Below are positions 49,061 through 62,350 of a stretch of 64,000 bases of DNA, piece after piece (positions within the stretch are counted from its first letter, which is position 1; the number at the start of each line of letters is the position of its first letter). The notes beneath the pieces are model-generated. The model made no database searches. It saw only the letters and a list, made by a program, of their open reading frames with translations, and was not told the origin of the DNA. The position numbers and the translations under genes were made by a program. The DNA comes from Camelus dromedarius (lineage: Eukaryota). Location: NCBI RefSeq assembly GCF_036321535.1, contig NC_087440.1, positions 29,326,001 through 29,390,000 on the forward strand, read 5' to 3'.

Positions 49061-49659
49061 TGAGGTGTACATTACAAGAGGAAAATGTAGTGACCTAGAA
49101 ACTTGCAACAGCTGCATTTACTCTCATTTAATAAGCTGTCTCCCTCCATGTGCCTTCTTTTCCCTTGTTTAAAGTAACCATTCCCATAAGCACTAGCCCA
49201 TACGGTCAGAACCTGAAGGAAACGATGTCTAAAGAAAATGTAAATCTGGCAGTGGCCTAAGAAAATTAGAATCTTGTTTTCTCTAATCCTTTTCTTTTTC
49301 TTTTTTATGGAAATATTTACGATAAAGTTTTTCAAACTCCATACCATGTAATATGCTACCCTAAAAAATCCAATTTTTTAATTATCACTGCTCTGTACTT
49401 AACCAAACATTAGAATCAGAAAGAAAGTTTAGTTGGGCATAACTGGGTAAAACTGCTTAGATATACACAAAGCTTGCTCTTAAATGTTGTCGAAAGATGT
49501 CTTAGAGCAGTAGAGAAGGACTGAGAAGGTTTTCAGAGGACAGCAGGTGACAGCAAGAAAATGGTTAATGTTGAGATGGACAGTGCATGCTCAGGAAATT
49601 TAGTGAGCCCAATAAAGAAGCCCAGGCTTTTCTGGATTCTCCACTGATAGACCAAGTTC

Positions 49660-51075
49660 CTTCTTGATATCTTTCTCTTTAATATTGCACAGATATTTCA
49701 ATATCCTTCTGTTCCCAAATGATTCCTCCTTTTCTCTGCCCTATCCTAGCTAATGGCATTTCTGTTGACCCAGTGGTTTTGGGCAGAAACTTAGCTCTTT
49801 CCTTTTCCTTACTTCTTTTCCAAATCCTGCTTTGCCTTCTTCCAAAGTATTTCCAATTTATCAAATTATAATCAAATCATTTATCAAATCATTTCTATTT
49901 CAACTCCCCTGCCTAAACCTCCATTATCTTTCTTCCTACATGTTTCAAGACTTTCTAATGGTCTCCACCTTGTGCCATTGACTTTTTTCCAGTCAATTCC
50001 TCCACAATAATCTTTAAAAATAAAATAAAATCATAATAAGTCATGTAAACCTTTAAAACAAAACAGGCAGTTATTTTACAAGGAAAATGGTTTTACTTGG
50101 GAATAACGAAGATACTGCAATTCAGGATATGCAAGCTATGGCAAAACCATAAGCAAATCTGGCAAACAAAGAAGAGGAATGTTACTTTATAGAGAAAAAG
50201 GAGGAAGTTGGGAGGGAATGCTTTGGACAAAAGTTAATTGGCAGAAGGAGAGTGTTCAGGGTGGCGATGGTTTCTCATTGGCTGAGTGGTGGTAGTTTCC
50301 TGTTGATTGAGGCTGTTGCTGGGCAAAGAGAAAATCTTCCTCTCTTCTGCTTGGGTAGTAAAGTAGTATCCTTTTTCCTGTTGGAGATGCAAGGTGCAGT
50401 CTCTTCCCATTTGGTGGCTGTGGACCACAACAAGTACTGCGTGAGCATTCTCCCTTCAGAACCTCCCAACACCATTTTAAATGTTTTCCTTTCATTAATT
50501 TTCATAAACAACTTTAAAATGGTGGATGTGTTCCATTGCTCTAGAAATAAAATCTAATCACCTTACTGACTCCTTGTCATTTTACATTTTACATGTTAAC
50601 TTCCCACTTCATCTCTTCTCACTCTGTGCTCAGTCACAAAACTCCTGCTTTCATTTCCTGGACCACACCATCCCTTTCCACTTCAGGGAGTATCACTTTC
50701 TCTTTCCTCTATCTGAATACTTTTTTTCCTCATCATATGCTATATCCTTCTCATTTTTCAAATATCAGATGAAAATTCATTATAGAGAGCTGCTTTTTTC
50801 TGAGCTTTTTGTGTCTCCTTGTAGTCATTATTTTCATGTTTTTCATCTTATGACATTATTTGCTCCCAACACTCATTACAATTTTATTTATTTTTATTTT
50901 GTTTACATGTTAGTGTTTGTTTCTCCTTTTCTGCTCTCCACTCCAATACTGTAGGCTCCATGTATGCAAGAAATGAGTCTCCTGACATCAATTTTTTTTC
51001 AATCTCCATCACCTGGTATAGAACCTAGCAAATGGTAGGTGCTCAAATAATAGTACTGATTCAGTGACTAATTGA
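49660..51075 (+). mobile_element. L2 3' part, split by an LTR
   Basis: Pyrimidine-rich L2-like text on both sides of 50044-50471, ending ...acctagcaaatggtaggtgctcaaataa...attgaat. Confidence 0.7.
50044..50471. mobile_element. ERV solo LTR inserted in L2
   Basis: TG...CA-bounded 428-bp block (tgtaaacc...cctcccaaca) with LTR-like ctcattggctgag and gggaataacgaagatactgcaatt. Confidence 0.6.
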
Positions 51076-51292
51076 ATATATAAAGTGGCTATAAGGTGGT
51101 TACTTTTTATTTTTAGGAAATGCAATAAGGCTTTGTCTTTTTGAGAATGTCATATAAAGGGGATCATACAAAATGTTTTTTCTTTATACTGGCTTTTTTT
51201 ACCCAACATAATTATTTTGTGATTCATCCAAGTTGTTGAATGAATCAATAGTTGGTTCCTTTTTATTGCTGAGTACTATTCTACACCAACTC

Positions 51293-51830
51293 TGAATGTG
51301 GCCATGTGTCTTGTTTTTTCTGATAGAATAATACCACAAAAGTGTTCTGCATTAGAGCTGCCCTTTCTTGGCACTATTGAAATCTTGAGGCCACCATGTA
51401 ACTAAGCCCAAGCTAGTTTGCTGGGGGATAAAAAGCAATAGTGTGCTGGTAAATAGTTAAGAACTGGTTCTGAGTGGAACTAGAGGGGCACAAGGAAGGC
51501 CGTGATTTGGAGTGCTCCCCAATGTCTGTGGTGTAAATATTCCTACCAAGGTTAATTTCAAGCCAACAACAGCTTAACAACCACCTTACAAAATCACTGA
51601 TAATTTAACAAATAGCTCTCAAGGGTTGGTATTAGTCAGATCCTGCCAATCACAGATGAGAGGCCATGTAGAGAGAGCTGAGATGCTTTGGCCAGCAGTC
51701 AGTCCCTGCTGCCAACCTATTAACCAGCAGATATGTGAGTGAGGTCATTGTTGATCTTCTAATTTCCATACTCACCAGACAGTCCAGCAGAGATCAGACA
51801 TGCTGGCCCAGACCAGAGGAATAGCCCACC
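51293..51830 (+). mobile_element. Old MLT1 LTR, interrupted by a MER63-like element
   Basis: tgtggccatgtg...gaggccaccatgtaactaagcccaagctag...gagaggccatgtagagagagctgag...cagatatgtgagtgaggtca. Confidence 0.7.
51441..51655 (-). mobile_element. MER63-like hAT DNA transposon remnant
   Basis: gtgtgctggtaaa...tgtggtgtaaatattcctaccaagg...atttcaagc...taacaaccacc...aatttaacaaatagctctc resembles MER63 in reverse. Confidence 0.65.
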
Positions 51831-53369
51831 TTGTTTGCTGCTCTCCCTCTCCTTCTCCTCCAGTTTTGCCTTCACCCCCTCCCCCTCCTATATTGAGGAT
51901 CAGAGCAGTTAAATGACAATTTTTCAAGGGTACTATTAACACCTCTCCATTTTCACCAACAGGACAGAGTTAAAAGGAAGAAAAATACTACCAACAATAT
52001 CATGAACACATTAATATTTATTACATATTTTAAAAGTTTTTGGCACTTTATAAAACTATGTAAAAGGTTCAAGTTTAAAAGAACCTTATTATGTTTGATA
52101 TTGTACAAATGAAATTGACCAAAATTTGAAGTTCCAAGGATCCTTAGCCAATCAGTATCATGGTTCAAAAAGACAGTCTATATCTAAAACTCAGCTTGCA
52201 CTGACTTATCATGCAGAGTTAATATCTAAGCACATAGCCACTAACTTATGTTTTACAATATACTTAAAATAATGAATCTGATGTGATGTCAATTGCAGGC
52301 TTTCTGTTTTCTGTTAAGCAATTATTTTTTTCTTTGTTAGAATACATTTAGTCTTTCTGTTATAAAGCCTTTTTCATAATACAAACCACAGGGAGAAGTA
52401 CATAAGAAAACTTGTGGCTAGCAAATGAAATAATAGTTATTAGATTTTTTTAAATCTTTATTACCACAAGTACACAAATTTTACTTTCTTCTGTTTCACA
52501 AGAAATATGAAAGAATAGGTCTCAGATTTGGTCCTCAGTTGCAAAAAATTTTGTCCTTGCATTTGCATGTTTAGGTACATATGGAATTAACTTTTTCTGT
52601 GAATTTAAATATTCTACCATTGCCATATGTGCAGGCAATTTCAAAGATATTTGCAATTTTCTAAGTCTAATGTAGAGTTTATTATAACCAATTTGTCCTA
52701 CTTAAAAACAAGTAGAATTGGAAAATAAATAAATATGCTTCTAATAGCACCAAAAAGCTAGAAAGTTTTGTAATAAATAGAAATGCATATCAAATAATCT
52801 GAAAAAATAGAAGAATTTTATTGGAACATAGGAGTAGATAGGAAAAATTATAAGTAGCCAAATTTTTCAATACGCAAGGAAAAGGTAAGCTAACAAGTGT
52901 ACATCAATGAGTTGAAATCTATGTTGTAAAACAGTTTTTTTCCCCTTTATGTCAACTTACAGAATGTTATAAGTTGAGTGAAGATATCAGAAACTCAGTT
53001 TAGTTGTACATTTTGATTGCAGGACATAAAAATGACATATATTCAATTGAAGAGAATCACAAGTTTAGTAACATGAATAGAATTTTATGTAGATTAGAAT
53101 TTCTAAATTCTTTATGAAATATTTAAAAAGGACTACAAATATTTTCAAGAGAACTTGCACTTTGGAATTAAACCAATGAAAACTTGGTTAAAATTATATT
53201 TGAATAGCAAACCAGGAACTGATTTTGTGCAGTTCCCTTGCACTTAGGACAAAAATCCCAATTCTGTGATACAATAACCCCTGTCATTAGCAAAAATGAC
53301 TGGCAGGATGCTGTGATCCAGTAGAGGCTCTTCATTTCCATCCAGAGTTATGTTCCTTCATGGTGATCC

Positions 53370-54305
53370 CTAGTTTTTCCAGGCATTCATGTGACGGTTC
53401 CTCAACTTTCGCATGGCTGATTTAACGTCTTCATTCCTCAGAGAGTAGATGATGGGGTTCAGCAGGGGTGTACAAACAGTGTAGAACACAGAAAGGAACT
53501 TATCCACAGAAAGTCTGCTGAAAGGCCAGATATAGAAATAAATGCAAGGCCCAAAGAAAAGAATCACCACTGTAATGTGGGCAGTTAATGTAGAAAGTGC
53601 CTTGGATGACCCACTGGAGGACTGGTGGCGGACAGTGATCAAAATGATGGTGTAGGAAATCATTAAAGTCAGAAAGCAGCTCAGTGATATCAGGCCACTG
53701 TTAGTTAGAGTCATAATTTCCATTTCATAAGTATCCATGCAAGCCAGCTCTATCACCAGGGGCAGGTCACAAAAGAAGCTGTCTACCTCATTGGGGCCAC
53801 AGAATGGCAGATTCACTGTGAAAGCCAGGTGGCTCACAGAATGAAGAATACCCACGGCCCAGGAAATACACACAAAAATGATACACAGTCTTCGATTCAT
53901 AATTGTGCTATAGTGTAGGGGCTTACAGATGGCAATAAATCTGTCATATGCCATAGCTACAAGCAGTATCATCTCACTCCCAACAAAACTGTGAAGAAGG
54001 AATATCTGGGCCATGCAACCCTCAAAGGAGATAGTTTTGTGTTCAACAAAAAAGTCCAGAAGCATCTTGGGGGTGGCAAAGTTAGATTGGCAGATATCAA
54101 TGAAAGAAAGGTTACTGAGCAGGAAGTACATGGGAGAGTTCAAGTGGGAGTCAATGGAAATAATAACAATAATCAATACGTTGCCCAGGACCGATGTCAC
54201 ATATACCATAGAGAATATAGAAAAAAAGAAAAGCTGAAGTGACCAAGAATTAGAAAGTCCCAGAAGCACAAACTCAGACACCACTGATTCATTTGTGTGA
54301 GCCAT
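53370..54305 (-). CDS. OR4K1: Olfactory receptor 4K1, intact, 311 aa
   Basis: MAHTNES, HLNSPMYFLL, ICQSNFATPK, MAYDRFIAIC, IELACMDTYEMEIMTLTNSG and the terminal WKN match recalled human OR4K1. Acceptor ...ttcctttacttag| ends at 54325. Confidence 0.95.
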   Translation of the reverse strand: MAHTNESVVSEFVLLGLSNSWSLQLFFFSIFSMVYVTSVLGNVLIIVIISIDSHLNSPMYFLLSNLSFIDICQSNFATPKMLLDFFVEHKTISFEGCMAQIFLLHSFVGSEMILLVAMAYDRFIAICKPLHYSTIMNRRLCIIFVCISWAVGILHSVSHLAFTVNLPFCGPNEVDSFFCDLPLVIELACMDTYEMEIMTLTNSGLISLSCFLTLMISYTIILITVRHQSSSGSSKALSTLTAHITVVILFFGPCIYFYIWPFSRLSVDKFLSVFYTVCTPLLNPIIYSLRNEDVKSAMRKLRNRHMNAWKN

Positions 54306-54439
54306 GTATCCGATCTACTGTTACCTAAGTAAAGGAAAATCAGGAAAATATCACAATGATTGATGATATATCTAGTATATATACAAAAGAAATGTGATAT
54401 GCATTCAATTAAAAGTCAATTTGAGACTATATAGTCAAT

Positions 54440-54960
54440 TGACAAATATTTAATGTCTGTGACTGCTGTGGAAAGTGGGAGAAGTGAGAAAAAAGAGAAT
54501 TAAATATGGATCCTGTCATAGTTAGATAAAAGACACATACTAATAAATAAATAAACGTATAAAATCAGAAAAAGCAAATATAATTGATACCATAAATATT
54601 AGTAAAATGAAATAAATTATCTCAGAGTGGTAAGGTGACATGCCATGGAGTGGATATTATTTAAGTTAAAACTTTTAAAAAGTTTGGAATTTGCTAGCCA
54701 AAACTGAAGGAAAAGGCTAAAGAATGAGGAATAAGAGGACTAAAGATACAAAGGTAAAAATATGAAAGACATATTCAGGAGCTGTGAGTTGAGCATCCTG
54801 GCTGGAGGAGGGCATACTAAGGGGCAATAAAAATGAAGTTGGGAGTGGTAGATCAGGAGCATATTGTGGATTCAATCAGCCTTGAATGCAAGGCTAGTGG
54901 ACTAAATTAATATTCTTGAAACTGAGAGTCACAGTGCTTGACAGTGTCTTAAGAAGCTTA
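54440..54960 (-). mobile_element. L2 fragment(s)
   Basis: Purine-rich L2-like text (gagcatcctggctggagg...ggtagatcaggagc...ccttgaatgcaaggctag). Confidence 0.55.
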
Positions 54961-57349
54961 GTAGAAGCAATTTGCCATATTGTGGAAAGAAGAGGACATG
55001 CTAAGACTCTGAAAGTTTCTGTGAAGGTCAATAATGATTCTTGCATCCTTTTAACAATAATTAACGAGCGTTCACCTTTAACAGTAGTTAACCAGAGTTC
55101 ATAATTGATTCATAAAGACCAATTATGAATGAATCAACAGGGTGTCTCCAGTCTCTTCTGACTCTGCCTTTTGTCTCTTCCTAAACATGGCTGACACACC
55201 TGGATTTATCAAAATCTGCAATACCTTTCAAAAACTGTCCTTTTGGGAATATTTTATATGACTATACATGGTGCATTTTAAATACATAATATTTTCAAAA
55301 GAGGAAAGTTAAGTAATGTGTAAATTGCCTCTAGGATGTTTTCCGACATTTTGCTTTAACACTTTGGGTACCACATGGCCACTTGATCCCAGAAGAAAAC
55401 CATATACAACCTCCAGTGGATCAGGAAACATTTCTGGCTTTGGCCCTGTGTACCTGACAATACACAATAAGGACTGATTTTTCATTAAACTGATTGAAGT
55501 TCTACACCCTGTATTCTTCTGTGAAAGAAATGACTAATATAATAAATCTTTAAAACCTTAAAGCAAAATTGTACAGGTAGCCATAAATTAATCAATTTTA
55601 AAATGTTTAAACTGTTACAAGCTTTAATATAAAACTTTAGCCTGGTTGTTGAAGCACTAAATCCTACTCTTTCCAGGGCGTCCATCTGTGCCTTTGTGTT
55701 ATGATATCTAGTTTTAAGAATAATGCAGAAACTTAAGTTACTCAAGAATAGAAACAGATCAATAAGACATGAAAAGTGACCTCAATACGAACTTCCATCA
55801 TGGAATTCTCATCTCCATGTGGAAGATTTGAGCCAGCGCTGACATGTCTGATCCTGCATTTACTTGGGGAGGGCAAAGAAGGAGCCAAAAAACATTGCAA
55901 AGGAAAAACATTCTGTTCCTAGAACTAGGGTCCTAAAGAGCTATAGTTATTAATTTTAAAAGTATAAAATTTGAGGCCATGAGGAACCTCTTACAACATT
56001 CAATCCCTTGTAAAGCCTTGTAAAGCCTGACAAATATCATGGTAATTTAGTGGGATAACATTAAAGAGGAGAGAGAGAGAAGAGAAGGAGGGAAAAGCAT
56101 AATGGTTAGCAGCCTGTGAGATACAGTTAATGGCATTAACACAATTTTTAAAGATCATCTTATCTTTAAAAGGAAGATTTTCTGAAAATTTCCAAATTTT
56201 CTACAAAGTCCATCTTTCCAATAATGTTAAGGTTTTTCAGTCTTCATTTTGTAAAATATAGGAAACAACTAGAAAAATTTCTCCACTCTAATTTCCTATG
56301 ATTTCTTAATCCAAGTAGACTGGATAAGGGTCAATGTTATAGCTCATTTTCTTTTTAATAATTAAGGTAAAGATGTAAAGATGAGTAACACTTGCCATTT
56401 ACTAGCTGCATGACTGACTTTAGAAGGTAGAATTAGATTATTTCCAAGGCTATTTTCATCTCTAAAATTCTAAGTACAGAGGCAGTTATGTTATGGAAAC
56501 ATGTGGAGTTTATAAAAATCACTCAGAATTCCTTGCACTATGCCCAGAATAGCCAGAGCTTCTTTATTAATGAATCATTTATTTTTCAATTGCCAATGTA
56601 CTTTAGACATAGAAATGTTTTCAGAATGGATAATACACCATAAGATAATTTCCCCATTCTTGGTGCAAGACCAAGTTTGACACATAGAAGTTGATGTTAC
56701 ATTAATACTTGTATCTAAAATGTGTCAGTAGATCTCCGAAATCATAAGCATGTTTAATTTTTTCTTTTCATTATTTTGTCTTATAATAGTTGATTATCTG
56801 TAAGCCCAGCAGCAAACAGCAATAAAGATACTCTTATTGATTATACTTTATGTAGCTACTCCTTCCTCATTCCAGGCAAATTTTAATAGCCAGTAAATAT
56901 TTGTTTAACAAGTGGCTAAATATTTCTGAATAGAAAGCATAAATGGGATAGAAAAGGTACTGATAATGGTTATAACAAACTTCCTTTTGTTTATCAGATA
57001 TTGATCTGATTATTGTTACCGCCACAGCTGCCCTAAGCCAATGCAGTGGGAGAGTCATATCCATAGAAAAATGGAGAACAAGAATATGCCTCTTCTAGAT
57101 GGAGTTCCCAGTTTGACTAAGATAACAATAACCTCCCCTGTGACATCTTCCAGGTGCTGGGTTGCATCTAGAAGGCAGTGTACTATTTGTCTAGTCCAGA
57201 CAGTCTGTTCAAATGCCTATATAATACTTACACCTTTAATAATTTCTCCCAGTCCTTCAGTTCATCCTTTATTCCTTCAAATTTGGTGTCCTACCATTTG
57301 TTTCTAAGCCTCCCACTTTCTGCTATGAGTCTTCACAGTGAAAATCTTT

Positions 57350-57960
57350 GCACTATACTCTTGACTTGATGCAGTTTAACTCGGTCCCTGAACTAAGCTG
57401 GCAGAAGCACACCCCTCAGGTCTTGCCCTGAAGTTGTGAAGGTTCTGCGTCTCTTGCTCTGGACCATACAATTTCAATGTTTAAGGTAAGGCAGTATAAA
57501 GCCTTCTGGCCTTATTCCAAGAAACTGATTTCATTGAAGTGAGAAACCACCCTTCGGAGATCTGAGGTAATCCTGCAGTGGGAGTAATTATGTTTACAAA
57601 ATACTTTTTCCAGGAATGAAAATGAAAAGAAAGAAGTTTATTACCAACTAGTTGGCATGCATAAAAGCAAAAGATTATTTGATTATCACTGATTCCCAGT
57701 TGGCAAAGTAATTTTTTGATCCCTAACTGTCTGTCGATAAAACAATCATGCCATCTTACAAATGATCTTCTGGCCTCAGGGTGGTTTCTTCCAATCACAA
57801 GGAGGCCACTAGTTCACAGGGCAGCTTAGTCTATTAGAGTATTCAGCTGGTTCTACCATCTGTAGTTTAAGAGAACAAATCTATTCCCACTTAAACATGA
57901 TGGCTCTTCAAATATTTGAACATGCTCTTACTTCTCCATGACAAATCCATTTCTCCCCCC
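57350..57960 (-). mobile_element. ERV-L (class III) integrase remnant
   Basis: Minus ORF 57481-57798 contains HPEARRSFVRWHDCFIDRQL, similar to HERV-L integrase HPEAAGLIERWNGLLKSQL as I recall it. Confidence 0.65.
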
Positions 57961-58107
57961 AAATATATCAGCAATCTTTTTATCTATATTTTATATAATA
58001 CTTTGTCTGGATTTCCAAAGGTTGTGATGTGGATGTAAGTTTAAAATGGTCATCTTTAAAGAAAGGAATTGAAATAGATTCTCTGTCATTTAGCACGTGT
58101 ATGTGCA

Positions 58108-58108
<1 letters not shown>

Positions 58109-58144
<36 letters not shown>
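58109..58144. repeat. (TG)18 microsatellite
   Basis: 36 nt of perfect TG repeat. Confidence 0.97.
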
Positions 58145-58145
<1 letters not shown>

Positions 58146-58468
58146 TCCCACTCTAGTAAAATGTTCACATAACTAAGAATGCATGAACAATGGCACATAT
58201 TGCAGCATTGATTGAAAAAGATAATTACTGGAAAAAAACCTAATGATCTATAATTTTGAGAGTGAAGATTATAGTATTTTAGTGTGGTAGAACACATTCA
58301 ATGATTAAAATTACTGAGTTATTTCTGTAGATGAGAATGTATAAGATTAAAAAACATGTCAAGGGAAAATAGGTAAAATTGTCATGTGCACATTTGTACA
58401 TGCCATATATATATATATTATATATATGTACATATATATATAGTATGTATATGTGTGTATATACATAT

Positions 58469-58622
58469 TGTCAACAGAAATAAGAAAGCACAATGTAATG
58501 CATAATGTAAAGGGTGTGAGTTAACTTTTATTCGGGGACCTTACTGAGGACTGCAGCCCAGGAGACAGCCTCTCAGATAGCTCCAAAGAGATGCTGCTGG
58601 TCAAGCATCAGGAGAAGTAACA
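58469..58622 (+). mobile_element. Truncated ERV1-type LTR fragment (artiodactyl)
   Basis: tgtcaac...gcacaa...ttttattcggggaccttactgaggactgcagcccaggagacagcctctcagatagctc resembles ruminant ERV1 LTR 5' ends. Confidence 0.6.
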
Positions 58623-60560
58623 GCAGTTATGAGACTAACCTTGATAAAAGGGAGTCTATGCTTTTGGTCTCAGATGAGCATTGATGTGAATACAAAAATC
58701 CATAGGCTTTGTGCACACTCACATAGGTCCATCCTCATTCTCCTCTGCCAGACTACTTTTCTCAGATTTTCTGATTTTGATCTTTCAAAACTCCCAACAA
58801 GCCATCAAAGCCATTTTTCACTGTCCAGGAATTTATATTCATTTTTACTTATGACCCACTCTCCATCCAAATTTGATAACTAAGTGAAATATTTATGGCT
58901 CTTGCTAATAATATATTTTTCCCTGACCAGTGTCTGTAAGGTCATGTAAGTGGGCTGTAAAGCAACAGTAGTCCATTTTCTGTCTTGCATCAAGACTTAG
59001 AATCAAGCCATCCATAGAAACCTTTCCATTAAGCCATAAAATTGAGAAATTGAACTGAAGTAAAGGTGTTGATGCAAAAGAGCTAGGTGACATGAGGTTC
59101 TGGCCTTCCTGTTTGTGGTGATTACTTGTGCTTCTATACCTGCTTCGTCTGGTCCCAGATGTACCACTTCCAGTGCATGATGGCTTACTGCTGTGGTGGC
59201 TAGAAATTGTGGCTTTTTAAATTTGATAATACTTTATTCATGATAAGCAGTGCTAGTCATACAGTCACTTGAAAATCCATGATCATGAACTCAGTCTCTG
59301 ATGAGATCCTGTAGCATTAGAGGATTTGCTTTTCAACTAGTGAGGTAATTAGAGAGTATGGGACTTTTTCCCCCCAGAATCCTAGGAGTTAGCATTGTTC
59401 GTTATCTAATTGGCTTTACCAAAGAATCTCACAGTATCCTTTTTTTCCATCAATACCTCTGTTTCATTGATTTTCTTGGTTCATATAGCCTGAGCTTGCA
59501 CTGAAAACTGGACTTAATACAGGGACTCAGTGAAAACTGGAAATCCTGTGAGTTACGTAAAATAAAGCCAGTTTTATGCCACCTCCGAAATTCCATGTAC
59601 CTGCAACACTATCTATTTCTCAGTGATAAGGAATACAAAAGAAAATAACATATATTTTATATTTTGGAGGGATTTCGTAGCTTGCCCCAGAACATTGGAC
59701 CCCTTCCAATCCGAATGATTTGGCAGGTTTCTGAAAGTTTATAGGGGTTATCTGTTACTTTCTTTAATGTCACTTTCTGCTCACAGGTCCAATCAACACA
59801 CACCTTCAGTGTAAGTGGACCAGTATGATGTTCTGTAGATGATCATAACCATTAAGTTCCATAAGGACTACCAGAGAGCAGAAGAGTTAATATAGAAATG
59901 TACAAACTGTAAATGTTTCAGAGGGTTAAGGAGTCACTGATATTTCTTTTCAGTGTGAAAACTCTATCATATAATAAGAGTTGAGAGATTTCCTTCAACT
60001 TTTTGTTGGCATTTCAGTTCCTTTTTGGTGTCCTTCATGTATTTGGTCCCAGCTAATTCCAAGATATTGAAAATACAGCATATTATTTGGCAAGGATCTT
60101 CTCCAAGTAAAGGTATTTATGATGACATACAAGTTTTGTCAAAAAAGTAGATCACCTATGGAAAAAATATTGGATCTCGACTCTGCTGTCAGATTATATC
60201 CTTCCCTTTTGATCCTCTAAAAGGCCATCCTGAAGTGCCTTCACAATCACCAGATCTCTTTATTCTAGAGCTCTCTGTTACTCTGCATTCCTGGAAATTG
60301 TACCCTTCCCTTTTTGTCCTGTAGCTAACTTGAATCATATTATTGCCAGCTGTTTGGACACTTCAGTGGAACTAAAGCTTCTTCCATTTTAGCCTCAGCT
60401 AGCATCTTAAGGTATGCTTTCTACTGTGTTACATCACATCAGCTCCTTTAAATCTGAGCTATGCATTGAGTTTCTGTTCCTTGTCTGAAGTGCTGCTCCT
60501 CTGCTTAGCTTGTACGTACAGCAGAGGTGACTCGCATTCTGAGAGCTGAGGAAACAAACA
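58623..60560 (-). mobile_element. Decayed ERV-L pol (protease/RT/RNase H) remnant
   Basis: Frameshifted minus-strand motifs in ERV-L order: AKWK-like (~60380), YINSSAL, QNIILVH..VLIGP (degenerate YIDD, ~59800), GVQCSGA (~59690), LGFWG (~59375), HWKWYIWDQ (~59165), VKNGFDG, MDLCE, HINAH (~58680). Confidence 0.8.
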
Positions 60561-61865
60561 AGTCTACCTGGGGTTTTGTAGCATTCCTTCTTGTTTTTTC
60601 AAATACTCAGGTTATCAGAACCACATTAAGAACATGCTCCTCATCTATAAGGACAAATTACTTTTCTCATGGAGTTTAGCTCAATCATGGAGAAATACAT
60701 TAATCAAATGATGGTGTGCATTAGTGTGGTGATTTAAGTAGAGAACTGTATCATACACAGCCTTGTTAATCAGGTTAAAGAGGGTTTATTTCCCTTTTAC
60801 CTAAAGAATATTAAATAGTAACTGAAAGACTTTAAAGTGATTGATGGCCTGATAAGAAGTAAGTAATCTGCTCAATGTCACACAAGAGCAATACAGACAG
60901 TGTTCAAATCCAAGTCTTTTTATAAGCTGCTTGAAAATTATTTTCACATTTACTAAAATTTTCACATCTTCATTCACCATTTTTATGCAGTTAAATGTAT
61001 TTCTCTGTCAGTTTCTCAATGTGGCAGAAAAAGCCCAGAGAGATCTGTGGACCAGACAAATAAAAGATTTTTTCATATTATCCTATTATTTTTAAATACC
61101 TGCATGGAAAAAAAAGTATTACCAAATTAATAATTATTAATTATTTTTTATTTTATTTCTTAATTATATTAATAATTAATTATTAAGATTTATTTTATTT
61201 TAAACAAAATATAACATGAGGTTCTTTTGTGCAAAATGTCTCAATTCTAACTTAAATACGTCTATGAACTTTTGGCTTTATTTTTGTTTGTTTTTATCAC
61301 TGAATGTATGACACACGGTTGTAATAACAACGGTGCTGCTTGCGGTTTGGTAAGGGTCTTAGCAGCGGGTAAAGAAGCAGACTGATCTTTTCCAATTGAA
61401 AGCTACTCATTGTGGATCTTATAGCAAAAAAACAGGCTGGTGATCAAAGTTTTTATACACACTTTAAGAATTAAATGTTACATACAGTGAATTTTCAGTT
61501 TCCCTCATTACAGAGCACTCTGCAAGGTTTCTTACCACATTTCAAAAAAAGGCATGAATGATTTGGAAAAAATAAACAAAAAACAAACTTTAGGTTAAGC
61601 TATGGAAACTATCACACTGTGAACAGAGAAAGAAGTTTAAAATAGTGAGTTGACAAATGATATCATCTACTTCACAAATGCTGCAATTTCTTCTATTTTG
61701 AAGTGTGTCATAGATGAGTCTCACTTCAGTATAAACAGATGACACTGCTGACAGCTTTTGGTCCAGGCAGATCCTGATTTTCCTCATTATGTGTATCATA
61801 TATTATGCCTCTTAGGGACATTTCTGGGTTTTCAATATCTTCGAAATGCTTAAAAGTTTCTATAT

Positions 61866-62350
61866 CTGTCAGAATCTAGTCAGGGAACAAAACCACACTG
61901 GTAATTTGAACAGAGTGTTTTTAATATAAAACCTTAGTAACTGGTAATGGGAATTAGATACTGAGGGGATAAAAGATAAAAGAATACCTGAGGGCTGAGA
62001 GAGAGGATCCAGGGAAGAAATAAACTTGGAAGGGGGATCACTTCCCCCAGGTGAGTTTCAGAACTCTTTGGAGAAGATATAATGTGGCCCCACAGATGAG
62101 GAGTCCTGGGGCCGAAGCTGGTCCACAGATGGAAGGCTGAAAATAGGGAGCAGGGAATTTAAGGCTCAGACTGGCAACAGAACTTGCTGGAGGGGGAGAG
62201 CCACTGGGTTGCCTGAACATAGGCCATTGGCAGCTGTACTGTAGGAAAAATAAGCTAAACCCACTGGAAGAAGGAGAGAAGTCCCTTTCTTCTGTTGTGT
62301 TCATCCAGCTTCTTGTCATGACAAAGAAAAAAGGTTTAAAGTTCAGTTCC
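61866..62350 (-). mobile_element. Old ERV-L LTR (LTR16/LTR33-like)
   Basis: tgtcagaatctagtcagggaacaaaaccacactggtaatttgaacagag...tttaatataa is the typical reverse end of this LTR group. Confidence 0.65.

Noticed and set aside
58623-60560. First read as a processed pseudogene of a cellular gene (GPLTLKVCVDWTCEQKV frame)
   Set aside because: Other frames carry ordered ERV-L pol motifs, so it was reassigned as retroviral.
61127-61186. Perfect AT-only palindromes of 14 and 18 bp
   Set aside because: Low-complexity A/T sequence in which such palindromes arise readily; no other support.
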